DNA of 64,000 nt from Octopus bimaculoides (lineage: Eukaryota): the NCBI RefSeq assembly GCF_001194135.2, contig NC_068993.1, positions 56,275,906 through 56,339,905 of the forward strand, written 5' to 3'. The position numbers and the translations under genes were made by a program. This document shows positions 1 through 13,484 of this stretch, in pieces. The stretch's first letter is position 1. Every line of letters starts with the position of its first letter. The notes below the pieces were generated by a model, which was given only the letters and a program-made list of their open reading frames with translations, was not told where the DNA came from and ran no database searches.

Positions 1-19
1 CCATTTATACTTTAGTGTG

Positions 20-420
20 CACTTTAACCCTAACTATAATCCTAAACCTGCCCCTAACCCTATCCCAAACCCTAACTCTAATCCTAAATACTTTTATACA
101 AAAATTTATAGGTGTCACTTAAACATGCGATCTTCCCGGCCTATTACATTTTAGCACGCGACCAATATTTTTAGACCCAGTCTGCCACTGACCATAACCC
201 AAACTGTAACCCAAAACCTAGTCTAAAACCTAACAAGAACCCTAACTTTAAGCCCAACCCTAAACCTTAACCCTAACCCTAACCCTAATACGTGCACTTT
301 CCCTAAATACTTTTATACAAAAGTTTATGGATTCTACTTTAGCATGTGGCCTACCGGACCATCTACATTTTAGCATGCAGTCTTAGTGACTTTTATAATT
401 TAGCATGCGGTCTACCTGGC
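20..420. repeat. Degenerate telomere-like (CCCTAA)n tracts in a ~217-bp duplicated unit
   Basis: taaccctaaccctaaccctaa near 268-288; cctaaatacttttatacaaaa occurs at ~83 and ~302. Confidence 0.6.
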
Positions 421-1863
421 CATTTGCTAGCGACGCGTTGTGTCCTTGAGCAAGACACTTTATTTCACGTTGCTCTGGTCCACTCAGCTGGCAAAAATGA
501 ATAGTCCTCGTATTTCAAAGGGGCCTGCCTTGTTACATTCTGTGTCACGTCGAATCTCCTTGAGAACTACATTAAGGGTACGTGTGTTTGCGAGGAAAGA
601 TTTGCAGAGATATATAGCAACTGGTAGCTGTTGGCTGCACATTCTTCATAATCAATCGATATGTGTCCTGTACTGGATTGCATAGTTCGATTATCGTGCA
701 GGGGTCACCAATTGTAGCGGGTCTGCGCAGTTCGTTTCGTTATGAGGGCACCAGGGCGAGACATAGATAGGCTGGACTCAGAGGTGTAGCAGGTTCTAAA
801 ATTGGGGGCAGCGAGCACTTAAAAAAAAAACGGCGCTGTGACGCATACCAAACAATTTTAAACCCATTTCCCTTATAGTTCGCGAAATATTTCATTAGTT
901 AAAATATACGTAATTGTATTCTGCATTCATTAATTTCATCTTTCAGTAACAATGTCAAGTGTGACGTGAAAAAAAATGGAACTCCATGGGATCGTCCAGT
1001 GTCGAGTGGTTATGACGTCAGATTTGTTTTGGCTTTTCAGATGTCAGCAGCCACCAACACATCACAGGGGATTGACTAAACGGTTCAATAACACGGGGGA
1101 GGTTAGTCAAATAAAGTAATGACTCCAAAAAGTTCTTCCAAGTCCATGCGACTAACAGAAAAGAGTGAGTGATAGATAGAGGGAGAAAGAGAGAAAGAGA
1201 GAGAGAGAAGGAAATGGAGGGAGGGAGAGATTTGACTTTTATTGCACAAGTGAACTAAAGAGTTAGACAAATGAATTGTTGAAAAGATGCCAGTCTCTCC
1301 CCAAATTAGCTACGTCACTGACCGTTCGATTGTTGTGCACGCCGAGCACTTGACTTATTATTCTCTCAATTGACACATATCGTTCTTTCAGTAGATGTTG
1401 CAAGCTTTAATGTTTTGATAAAAGAGTGGCTGATATATTTCTCCTTTTAAAACATCTTGTTTCATATCCAGTGTAATCTTTTTCGGTTCCTTTTCGCCCT
1501 GCAGCCTTCAGTTCCGCTTGATGACACACACACAAACACACAGAGAATAATTCGAGTGAAAAGCTCGTAATGTACATATAGGAGCTTTTAGTGTTGTGTG
1601 GCCATCGCTCTAGTAGTTTTCTCTGTATCAAATGTCAATGTACAGCGTTTATATCAAAATACAGCCTTGAGACTCTTGGTTATACTCGGTCGAACGCCTG
1701 TGATCGTGCATACAACTGGGATGTAAATCCGTCTTTACTTCGGTATGTACCTATGTGTTCTTCTAATGTTGTCTTGTACATGATAGCGATTTCATTGACC
1801 CGACCTTGACGCTTTACTATTTAAGTACCCGATTCGCTTGAATCCTGAACTTTATATATATAT

Positions 1864-1905
<42 letters not shown>

Positions 1906-3789
1906 GAAATATGTTACAAAAACAAAATAGAAACTACATGTGGAAATGTAAGGGGAAAGTAAGAAGAAAAATAAGCGAAAATGCACATTGGAAATCAAAA
2001 AAAGTAAAGGTTCTTTATGAAAAGTAACGATAGATATATATACAAGTAAATGAACTGAGGTAGGAATAAAAGTAATAAACGTTATTATTGTGAATTGTTA
2101 AAGGGATTCAAAAGCATACCGGTTTCGTAATGTTACTAATATGTATATATATATAGATAACTAATATATATATATATATAGTCCAAAGAATGGACTAAAC
2201 GGAACAGGAGGATACATGTGAGCTGAAAGAGTCGCTGAAGAGGTCACAGATGAGTGACTAAAGATTTCCAGACAATGGTCATAAGGCAAAATAAAAACAA
2301 TATATATATAAACGATGTATCACAAATGGACATGTAGGATGCAGAAACGTATGTCGTGATACATAAATTAGGCCTATAAATTTCCATCCCCAAGTCATTA
2401 TATATATATAATGATCCCACAAAAAACACATACTGCCTACAGCGGTCCCAAAAGTGGTGCCCCTTTAAAAGTGCCGTCCGAGACGGACCGCCCCTACTAT
2501 TTCTAAAGGGGAACCACTATAATAAAAAAATATAACTATATGAGTGTACGCCACACCGATCGACTTTGTTTCCTCATAGCTTTCTGAAAAATTATATATG
2601 TGTGTTTGTGTGAGTGTGCTTGTCCCACCTCACCAACATCGCTTGACAACCGATGGTGGTGTGTTTACGTCCCCGTAACCTAGCCGTTCGGCAAAAGAGA
2701 CCGATAGAATAAGTACTAGGCTTCCAAAGAATAAGTCCTGGGGTCGATTTGCTCGTCTAAAGGCGGTGCTCCAGCATGGCCGCAGTCAAATGACTGAAAC
2801 AAGTAAANNNNNNNNNNNNNNNNNNNNNNNNNNNNNNNNNNNNNNNNNNNNNNNNNNNNNNNNNNNNNNNNNNNNNNNNNNNNNNNNNNNNNNNNNNNNN
2901 NNNNNNNNNNNNNNNNNNNNNNNNNNNNNNNNNNNNNNNNNNNNNNNNNNNNNNNNNNNNNNNNNNNNNNNNNNNNNNNNNNNNNNNNNNNNNNNNNNNN
3001 NNNNNNNNNNNNNNNNNNNNNNNNNNNNNNNNNNNNNNNNNNNNNNNNNNNNNNNNNNNNNNNNNNNNNNNNNNNNNNNNNNNNNNNNNNNNNNNNNNNN
3101 NNNNNNNNNNNNNNNNNNNNNNNNNNNNNNNNNNNNNNNNNNNNNNNNNNNNNNNNNNNNNNNNNNNNNNNNNNNNNNNNNNNNNNNNNNNNNNNNNNNN
3201 NNNNNNNNNNNNNNNNNNNNNNNNNNNNNNNNNNNNNNNNNNNNNNNNNNNNNNNNNNNNNNNNNNNNNNNNNNNNNNNNNNNNNNNNNNNNNNNNNNNN
3301 NNNNNNNNNNNNNNNNNNNNNNNNNNNNNNNNNNNATATATACACATATATAAACACGGCGTTTTCCGAGAAAATTTATATAGATATATATATATATATA
3401 TAACACTATGACACAACAGTAAAACGGAGAAACCTGAATTCATTCATACGTATCTCTCAATCACACTCTCTCTCACACACACACGCGCGCATGCACATAC
3501 ATTAACAGTTATATTCATGTCATGTATAAAACGCAATTTAACATTAAACTCAAAGATTACCTCATACTTTTTAGTAGAGTGAATATTTAACTAACTTTTA
3601 TAAGGAGAGAGTCGACTGGCTTCGAAGTTTTAGCCGAAACTACGAAGTCATCTGTGTTAAAGTTTTTTTAATACAATCTCATCCTCTCACTTTCTTTCTC
3701 CTCCATATATATATATATCTGCTGATTGATCAGAGGCGACACTGATATAATCACTATAAAGTGGTCGAATATTTGTTTTTTTTATACAG

Positions 3790-4102
3790 GAAGAGAGAGA
3801 AACTAACAAAGACTGGTTATAATAATAATAATAATGAGAAGGAGGAGGATCATGATGATGATGATGATGGTGAACAAATAACGCACTTCCTCCGTCGTTG
3901 TTTCCGAAACTGAAGCTGTGAATAGAAGAATTGATTCAACCATACAAACTGCAGCAATTGCTAAGGACGCCAGAGCTGACCTCCACGTCACTACCATCAC
4001 CGCCACAAGCACCACCACCACCACCACCACCATCAGTGACGTTACAGTTCACCTCTACATCGCTGACACCGCTGATACCACTTCTACGCCGACGACCTTG
4101 AG
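3790..4102 (+). other. Putative upstream (probably 5' UTR) exon of nocturnin, containing a short uORF at 3834..3881
   Basis: Strong acceptor ttttttatacag|G at 3789/3790 and donor GAG|gtttgt at 4102/4103. The frame that would join the 9894 exon has in-frame stops. Confidence 0.35.
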
Positions 4103-4359
4103 GTTTGTTTGTTTTTTGTTTTTCGTCTTCCTCCCTGCTCTATTTCATCTATCCCACTGATTTACACCGAAAGCCGTTTATTACTATCACCGATAACGTT
4201 ATGAACCGATTATTTGCTATCAAAATTAGTGGGACCCTAACTCTATTTGCATAATGTAATATTAAGCAGTTAATACCGAAAGTCTTCGTTCCAAACTGAT
4301 CACAGTAAGCGGCTTCCACTCTATATAATATACATATCTATCTGTTAATGTCCAATCTG

Positions 4360-4397
<38 letters not shown>

Positions 4398-7300
4398 AAT
4401 GTTGTTCCCTCCAATGTCCAATCTGTCTATCTATCTATCTATGTTGTTCCCTCCGTTGTTGTTTAGTCCTAGGGCATCCCCTGACTAAGCAAACCTATGA
4501 TCATCAAAGACCTTACAAGAGTGACCAGGTCATGTTTCTTTTAGGGTATTGTCTTTTTGTGAACAACTAGTATACTTCTACCTTTTCAAGAGATCTTAGG
4601 CTGTAATTTGAGAAAGATTTGGCTGCTATTTCTGCTTCATTCTATCTTTGTCTCTCATGTATGTTGGCCGCTGTTCGCCAATATTTCATCTGGGGAGCTT
4701 ATTTATCTGCATCATCGATTAAAGAGGATAGCAAATATGATATTTACTAGAGAGCCCGTCACTACAAAAATAAATATTGAATCGCTGAAACCATAATTCT
4801 ATATTATAAAGTGGTGAGTTATGTATATATATATATGTATAAGAAACAGCGAAGTGTTTTATATACTTTGTCGTTGAAAACAGTCATTCATATATTCAAT
4901 GAGTTTCGTAATATATATGATGACACCATAATACTTTTTTGGATAGTTCCATTGGACCTGTCTTGGCTATTCGCGATCCATCAAGAGTGCCTGTACGTCT
5001 CTCGACCGATTACAAATAGTATCTATATCACACACCACCGTAAGTGATATTCTGATTTTCCTGCACTCAAATATAGGATGATCACGACTGGATTGCCTTT
5101 GATCAGGACTGGCCAGCGCATAAACAGCTTTGATATCCACACTATTGTTTGTCCATTTCTTTCCCCACCCTCTCTCTGTATCTATCTATCTATCTATCTA
5201 TCTATTGATTTGTCGATCTATCTATCTTTCGACCGATTGATCTATTAAACGATCGGTTTGTCCATCTAACTTTTTATCTGTCAGTATTTCTCTCGGTTCT
5301 GTTCGTCTCTCCCTTTCTATTTATCTCACTCTCCATTATGTCCGTCACAGTTTACATGTCCCTATTCTATTGTTATGTCCATTTGTTTCTAATCTGTTTT
5401 TTTTTTGTTTAACCCGGGGGTCAGTTCTTATAGAACAGTCCTGTGCTACATACACGTAGGTAGTCGGCCGGTCTATGAAGCAAGACCTACAGACCCATCT
5501 TCTCAGTCATACCATATCTCTGCCAAACCGAGGACCACGTGCTAACTCCGACATGCCTTGAGGAATCGTATGAGACGCAGTGTGACTCTCTGCGACACCA
5601 TACTACACTCTCTCTATTGTCAAGTCTATTTCTGTTCGTTCGTTGAATCCCTGTTGTGACTACAATGGAAACCGGGCGTAGGGGACCCAGACTATGACAA
5701 TTCCTCTACTTGTTTGTGGTGTGCATCCTAGTACAATGTTTGGCACCATTGAAACTATTAATGTTGCAGCAATTTTAGTGTGTGTGTGTGGTTGTTTGTC
5801 CTGGCTAATTGGGAAAGATTGTGGTTTTAGTTCCGTAGTAAAATACCGAAATCATTCGTATTGTTTAACTTTCATTTTCTGATATGAAAAAGTTAATGCT
5901 TTTAGAATTACTGAGGTTTAGTTTATTTTTCTCTTTCGTTTTCTCACAATGCTTTCATTCCAAATGACCAGATACAGAAATATAATCGGAAAATTAAACG
6001 TTTGCTTACGGAACGATGACATTTTCATCCTCAAAATTATTAAAGACAACATATTTAAAAATTCTACGGAAACGTTCTACTTTTTGTCCCAGGATGACTT
6101 CAACCCAAAAGATGGACCAGGTACAGAAATATAAATGTATAAATGTAAAAGAATATTTGTAATTACATTTTTAGCATTAAAAGAAAAAAAGAAAGAAAAA
6201 AAAACCCAGAAAATTAAAACTGCTTTACACTTCTTCTGAAAGTAAAAAGTACAAAACTAACCAATGCTTTCATGTGCCGGTCTGCACATCACCCTCATTA
6301 TGTTGTTCGTGTATTCTGTGATACGGGTCTGTGGAGTTTTGTGGGTGTTGCATATGTTTGTGTCAGTGTGAAACTCATTTTCCGTGAAGCGACTGAGAAG
6401 TGGAAGATTCTTACGACAGCAAACTATGCCCTCATATGTTCAAGGAGTCTAACACTTTTAGTACTTTTGTTGGGCGGAATTCTGGTTTAAGCACACTATT
6501 ATAACCCCTCGTAATTTTTTTAAATTTTGGGGGGATTTTCAGAACATTTTTGTTGACCAGCTGACAAGTGGTTGACAACCAGCGTACTACTATCGAATGA
6601 TCGCCAATTTGTGTTCTACACGGAATTTATACGATTATGTGAAATTTTTTTTTAAGTGTTTGATTTAAGGGAGATTTAGCTATTGTTTTTAGAACACCCC
6701 ATGACCACCTTGTATGGCCGGTTACGTGGTGTGCTTCGATCCAGAATCCATAACTATCCTCCTGTATTTTCATTTACCCAGTATTCACCACCCGTAGAGT
6801 AGTGGAAGGATGTGAGCGTAATGTCATTTTGGTTTGACGTTGTCTGCGTTTTGTGTGGTTAGTGGGGTGGAAAAGTCTTATAGGTATAGGCCGAAAACAA
6901 GTAGGTGGTAGGGTGGATCCTGTGGCAGTTTCATTCAGGGTATTGCGAGGTCTAGAGACGTCATTCTTGTACTCTACATTGGCTTCGCGATATTAGTTGT
7001 TGCGGTGGTGCGTGGCTTAGTGGCTAGGGTGTTAGGTTCACGATCGTAAGATCAGTGGCGGCCCGTAGGTAAGATTAGTGGGAGCGCTGCTTCAGAAAAT
7101 TTTTAGCCGTTGTTTTAATATTGTGTAAAAAGAAAATTTATACATACACTTTTGCTGAACCGCTAAGTTACGGGGACATAAACACACCAATACCGGTTGT
7201 CAAGGGATGGTATTGGACACACACACACACACGATGCTAGTGTCCCTTGACTGGTTCCCATGCCGGTGGCACGTAAAAAGCACTATCCGAATGTGGCCGA

Positions 7301-7909
7301 TGCCAGTACACTCTGACTGGCTCCCGTGCTGGTGGCACATAAAAAGCATTACCTGAATGTGATCGATGCCAGCGCTGCATGACTGGCTCCCTGTGCCGGT
7401 GGCACGTAAAAAGCACCCACTACACTCTCAGAATGGTTGGCGTTAGGAAGGGCAGCCATCTATAGAAACAGTCAGATCAGATTGAAGCCTGGTGCAGCAC
7501 CTGGCTCTTCACACCTCAGTCAAACCATCCAACCCATGCCAGCATGGAAAACGGACGTATATATGACGGGCTTGTTTCGGTTTCCGCCTACCAAATCCAC
7601 TCACAAAGTTCTGGTCGCCCCAAGGCTATAGCAGAAGACCCTTGCCCTAGGTGCCACGCAGTGGGACTGAACCTGGAATCATGTGGTTGGGAAGCAAACT
7701 TCTTACCACACAGCCATATCTATCTTTATGTTCTGAGTTCGAATTTCGCCGTGGTCGACTTTGCTTTCCACCCTTTGGGAGGTCAATAAAATAAGTACCA
7801 GTTGAGTACTTGGTGGTGGTGGTGGTGGGGTGCGGTCAATGTAATCGACTATCACCTCACCACCACAAATTTCAGGCCTTGTGCCTATAGTAGAAAGGAT
7901 ATTAAATAG

Positions 7910-8115
7910 TCTTACTCTTTTACTTGTTTCAGTCATTTGACTGTGGCCATGCTGGAGCACCGCCTTTAGTCGAGCAAATCGACCCCAGGACTCATTCTTT
8001 GGATGCCTAGTACTTATTCTATCGGTCTCTTTTGCCGAACTGCTAAGTTATGGGGACGTAAACACACCACCATCAGTTGTCAAGCGATGTTGGGGGGGGA
8101 CAAACACAGACACAG

Positions 8116-8154
<39 letters not shown>

Positions 8155-8330
8155 CACGTACATATATACGACAGGCTTCTTCCAGTTTCTGTCTACCAAA
8201 TCCACTCACAAGGCTTTGGTCGGCCCGAGGCTATAGTAAAAGACACTTGCCCAAGATGCCATGCAGTGGGAATGAACCCGGAACCATGTGGCTGGTAAGC
8301 AAGCTACTTACCACACAGCCACTCCTCCAG
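7910..8330 (-). mobile_element. tRNA-derived SINE family A, near full-length (other copies ~2600-2807, 8795-9125, 9235-9700, 24010-24400, 30968-31335, 55320-55530, 59950-60360)
   Basis: Minus-strand head ggagtggctgtgtggtaag...ggttccgggttca(g/t)tcccactgc; near-identical multi-copy body with internal (CA)/(TA) microsatellite. Confidence 0.85.
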
Positions 8331-9902
8331 CTAAACTATTTTCTTAATTCAGTATGAAAATGTTTTTTTATTTTCCAAAATGACCAGCAACTGTTTTTTA
8401 TATCTGTCCAGTTGAATGAATGCCATCTGCTCGTTTCATTTTAAATACTGTTCTTATTCTTTTATTCTTTTTCCTTTATTAAACTATTTTCCTTGTATAT
8501 TGCAATAAATAAGTAAATACCAGTAAGAAAAAAAAAAAAGAAAAAAAAAAGCAAGTGTTACAATCAATAGTCTCTCTTTTCTACTCAATACAATAAACAT
8601 TTTATTCACTACACTGGTCCTGTTATTTGACACAATCATAAAGTATATTGAATATATATGCCTTAGTGTGTATGTGAGAATGAGTGTGTTTGCACGCATG
8701 CGTGTACGCATGTGTGTACGTGTATGAACATTTATCCCTACTACAATAAATACAATGTTTCAGATTATTTGATTAAACAAAACTCAAAGCTCTCTGGCTG
8801 TGTGCTAAGTAGCTTGCTTACCAACCACATGGATCCGGATTCAGTCCCACTGCGTGGCACCTTGGGCAAAACCTTGTAAATGGATTCAGTTGACGGAAAC
8901 TGAAAGAAGCCTGTTGTCTGGTATGTGATGTGTGTCTGTGTGTATTTGTCTCCCACCACTGCTTGACAACCAGTGTTGATGTGTTTACATACCCATAACT
9001 TAGAAGTTCAGCAAAAGAGACCAATAGAATAAGGACCAGGCTTAACAAAAATTGAGCACTGGGGTCGATTCATTCAACTAAAGATAAAAGTTGTTCGAGG
9101 TGGTGCTCCAGCGTGGCCACAGTCCTGTTGTTTGACACCATCACAAAGTATTTTGTATATATCAATGCCCCAGTGTGTGTGTGTGTGAGAGAGTGAGTGT
9201 TCGCATGTGTGCGTGTACATGTGTGTGTATACTATTTACTCTTTTATTTGTTTCGGTCATGTGACTGCGGCCATGCTGGAGCACCGCCTTGAGTCGAGCA
9301 AATCGACCCCAGGACTTATTCTATCGGTCTCTTTTGCCGAACCGCTAAGTTACGGGGACGCAAACACACCAGCATCGGTTGTCAAGCGATAATGNNNNNN
9401 NNNNNNNNNNNNNNNNNNNNNNNNNNNNNNNNNNNNNNNNNNNNNNNNNNNNNNNNNNNNNNNNNNNNNNNNNNNNNNNNNNNNNNNNNNNNNNNNNNNN
9501 NNNNNNNNNNNNNNNNNNNNNNNNNCATACATATATATGACGGGCTTCTTTCAGTTTCCGTCTACCAAATCCACTAACAAGGCCTTGGTCGGCCCGAGGC
9601 TATAGTAGAAGACACTTGCCCAAGATGCCACACAGTGGGACTGAACCCGGAACCATGTGGTTGGTAAGCAAGCTACTTACCACACAGCCACTCCTGCGCC
9701 GATATTTTCAGAATGAGATGGCAGTGTAGGTGTGAGAGGCTGGATCTGGTCAGTCTGAAGATAAAACAAGTAGAACATGGGCTAAATGTGGCCAATTTAA
9801 ATGCTAAAGGGTTAATTGGCAAAATACAACCATCCGTAAATCTAACAGTATGTACAGACGTTGATATTTGTTTATTCCTGTTACATTCTACAGGTCCTAA
9901 TC

Positions 9903-11741
9903 ATGCCTGACAGCCATGATAATTGCCAGGAACTATTGAAGAAGATCCAAGATGAGTGCAAAAACAAAGGCCTTCCTGATTTCATGAAAAGGGAGTTCAC
10001 CATGTTGCCGGCAACTACTGCGCAAAACAGTTCCAATATTCCCAAGATACGACTACTGCAATGGAATGTTCTAGCACAAGGTAAATTTCTCCAAATAAAA
10101 ATTCTCTATTAGCTTCTGTCTCTTTTGTGCGTCTGTTTCACTAGGCTGTAAGGACATCATTGCCAGCTTCTTTCCGATAGTTTGATAATTTTAGGCTGGT
10201 TGTTATTGATGTTTAGCTCCAGGTCAAGACCTGACCCAACACCCCTTTCATTGAAAGCGTTCCAGCTATGTTATTATCTTCTTCTGGTTCTGATCTAACA
10301 AGCCTCCATGATTGTATATATGAGTATGTATGTTGAAATATGTATATACATATATAAGGAGGTGTCTTGTGTATATATATATGTATGTATATACATACAT
10401 ACATACATACATATATACAAGATAAGGCATAAATAATGGTCATTATATATTTGTTTATTGTAGTAAATTATGTAGATTTTCACTAAATTAAAGAATATTC
10501 TTTTCTCCTCTACGCGCAAGGCCTGAAATTTTGGGGGAGGGGGGGCAGTCAATTAGATTGACCCTAGTACGCAACTGTTACTTAATTTATCGACCCCGAA
10601 AGGATAAAAGGCAAAGTTGACCTTGGTAGAATTTGAACTCAGAACGTAAAGACAGATGAAATACTGCTAAGCGTTTCACCCGGCATGCTAACATTTCTGC
10701 CAGCTCGCCCCATCTTAGTAATCTGAACAATATTGTTAGCCTGGTGTACTAAGAGAGAACTTATAAAGTATTTTGCCTGGATTAATAATGACTCTGTATT
10801 GTATATACAGATAGACAGACAGGCATATAGACTCGGACAGATAGCTAAGAAAGATTGAACTGTTTTCACTGTTGCATAATTCTGTAATCCAGTTATTTTT
10901 CTCTCTTTCAGCATTGTCAGTAGGAACAGACAATTTCATCTTGTGTCCTATGAGTGCACTTTCTTGGGATACAAGAAAACTTCGAATCCTAGAAGGTATT
11001 CTAAACAACAATCCAGATGTTATCTGTTTAGAAGAAGTCGATCACTTTGACTATTTATCCTCACATTTGACATCTGTTGGGTATTCTGGAATTTTTCAGC
11101 CTAAACCAGATTCTCCTTGTCTGTATTTAAGCAACTCTATGGGACCTGATGGTTGTGCCTTATTTTACCGAAAAGATTACTTAAAACTGTTGGATTTCCA
11201 GAAAATTGGTCTTAAAAGCGAAGATGGGAAGCTGATGAACCAAGTAGCCATTCACTGCTTGTTGAAGATTATTTCTGGTGCTGAAGACGGCAAAGACAAA
11301 TTCTCTGTAATTGTCACTCATTTGAAAGCAAAAGATGGCTTTGAGAAACTACGTTACGAAGAGGGTAATTTCATCTTGGACTATATCCATAAGAATGCCA
11401 AATCATGGCCAGTTATTGTCTGTGGAGACTTCAATGCAGATCCCATGGAGGAAGTCTACAAATCTTTCTCAAAGAGTGATCTTAAACTGTTTAGTGCCTA
11501 CACAAAATTGTCAGACGAAGGCAGTGAACCATCATATACAACGTGGAAAGTGCGTGATTCTCCAACAGGACCAGTAGAAATTTGTCGGACTATTGACTAC
11601 ATATGGTGCAGTCAAAAGTCTTTAGAAATTCTTTCACTGCTCGATCTCCCCAAAGATGAAGACGTTGGACAAAACCGTCTACCTTCACATTCCTACCCAT
11701 CTGATCATCTTTCTTTAGTTTGTGACTTCCAATTAATCTAA
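9903..11741 (+). CDS. NOCT: Nocturnin (EEP-family NADP(H) 2'-phosphatase); CDS join(9903..10080,10912..11741), 335 aa; an extra N-terminal exon is possible
   Basis: A phase-1 GT/AG intron joins ...IRLLQWNVLAQ to ALSVGTDNF. Nocturnin/EEP motifs present: LEEVDH, PKPDSPC, GPDGCALFY, THLKA, GDFNA, YTTWKVR, IDYIW, PSDHLS. Confidence 0.95.
10500..10710 (-). mobile_element. tRNA-derived SINE family C (other copies ~18595-18800, 19250-19445, 34515-34680, 35375-35545, 56390-56665)
   Basis: Head ggcgagctggcagaa...gagttcaaattc and conserved core ttgcctttcatcctttcggggtcgat...aagtaccag repeated across the window. Confidence 0.8.
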
Positions 11742-12597
11742 CATCTTCATTGAGTTGTCATTGCCTTCTTCTTTTTCTTCTTCTTCCTTAACATTTCTCC
11801 TTCTTCATTGCCTCTTCTGCCTCATCTTCATCATTAATATGTTTTCATTTGCTTTTCTATTCCTCATCTTCTTTCCTACTCCCCCCCCCCCCNNNNNNNN
11901 NNNNNNNNNNNNNNNNNNNNNNNNNNNNNNNNNNNNNNCCCACTTTCTCCTTCCTTCTTTTTTTCTCTCCTTTATTTTGCCTTTTTCATCTTCTTTTATG
12001 AATCTCACCAACTCCCATTTCTGCAAATGTGATATACATATATTTTACAAGAAACAAAATTTTAACAACACAAAATTACACAGAATTAATTTAAACAATT
12101 AAAATCACTGACACACAAAAAAAAAATCAAAGTAACATAAAAAAAAAAAAATGAAAAAAATACTCACCTAAACTCTCCTGTACAGTTTAACACAAACACT
12201 TTTATCAAGTAAATATATATACTGTACATTTCTAATCATATTATTCAGAAAATTATAAATTTTAAATTTTGACTCCTATTTTGCTTGTCTATTTTTATTA
12301 TTTATCTTAAAATTACCCATCATTCTATTGCAGATGTTTATCTTTTTTTTGACAAGAATTTTGTGTGTTTGTAGTTGTTTAAAACCCATGGCAGTTTTGA
12401 TTCATCAAACTGATGATGTTGATACCCGTGGGGGTGTGATACTTTGTAAAATTCGATTTTGATTTAGTGGAGCCATTTGATATATATAGATTAACCAAAT
12501 AGATGCACATGTATGAACTGCTAATTTAACGGTAAATGCCACAATAATAATTATAGATAAAATTTCTTGATATATATATATATATATATCATCATAA

Positions 12598-12945
12598 TCA
12601 TCATCATCGTTTAACGTCCGCCTTCCATGCTAGCATGGGTTGGACGATTTGACTGAGGACTGGCAAACCAGAAAGCTGCACCAGGCTCCAATCTGATCTG
12701 GCAGAGTTTCTACAGCTGGATGCCCTTCCTAGTGCCAACCACTCCGAGAGTGTAGTGGGTGCTTTTACGTGCTACCGGCACGAGGACCAGTCAGGCGGTA
12801 CTGTCAACGGCCACGCTCAAAATGGTGTTTTTTACGTGCCACCTGCACAGGAGGGTGTTTTTATGTGCCACCTGCACAGGAGCCAGTCCAGCAGCACTGG
12901 CAACGACCTCACTCGAATGTTTTTTCACATGCCACCGGCACAAGT
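12598..12945 (-). mobile_element. Short repeat family B sharing the RTEX-like LINE 3' end (other copies ~7240-7555, 15510-15710, 17720-18010, 28200-28440, 30240-30620, 36910-37095)
   Basis: Same aggaagggcatccagctgtagaaac...ttaaacgatgatgatg terminus as the LINE end at 27130-27270. Confidence 0.8.
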
Positions 12946-13484
12946 GCCAGAAGATATATATATATACACAAAAAAGTAACAAGTTTACAAGGATTTTTTT
13001 TTCTTTAAATTTTATATGTAAAATATATTTAAACAAAAAAACAAGAACAGTAACAATAACATTTTTTCTTCTTCCATCCTTCTTCTCAAATTTCTTTCAG
13101 CAAATAAAATAAAAGTTTGTTCTGTATAGATATAAATCTTTCAAGTTAATAGGATCATTGATATCAGCAGAAGTTAACGTACCACAGACAACAACACACC
13201 AAAATACAGTCACTTCAGTTGCAGTTCATTTCGGATATATACCAAAATAACATATTTATATCCTTGAGGTTTAAAAGGGAGGTGGTAGTGGTGGGCCCTC
13301 ATTTTGGCAAGAAATCGGTGTGTATGTGTGAGGAGGAGTTGTCACTTCAAATGAAATAAAAAGATGTGACACAAGGTATTTCATACAAGAAAGTTACCCA
13401 GTTTTTTTTGTTTTCTTTTTTTTTTATTTTGCTTTTCACTGGAAGAATAATTTAAATAAATTTTCGTTTCTTTGGTTAGAAGTA

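Noticed and set aside
2716-3443. Long ORFs here and at 24363-25200, 26198-27206, 55504-56491, 60355-61089
   Set aside because: They are open only because N runs translate as X. The exception is the real LINE fragment from 26174.
5420-5700. Possible LINE 3' remnant and E-box CACGTG near 5535
   Set aside because: No recognisable protein motif, and a single 6-mer is expected by chance.
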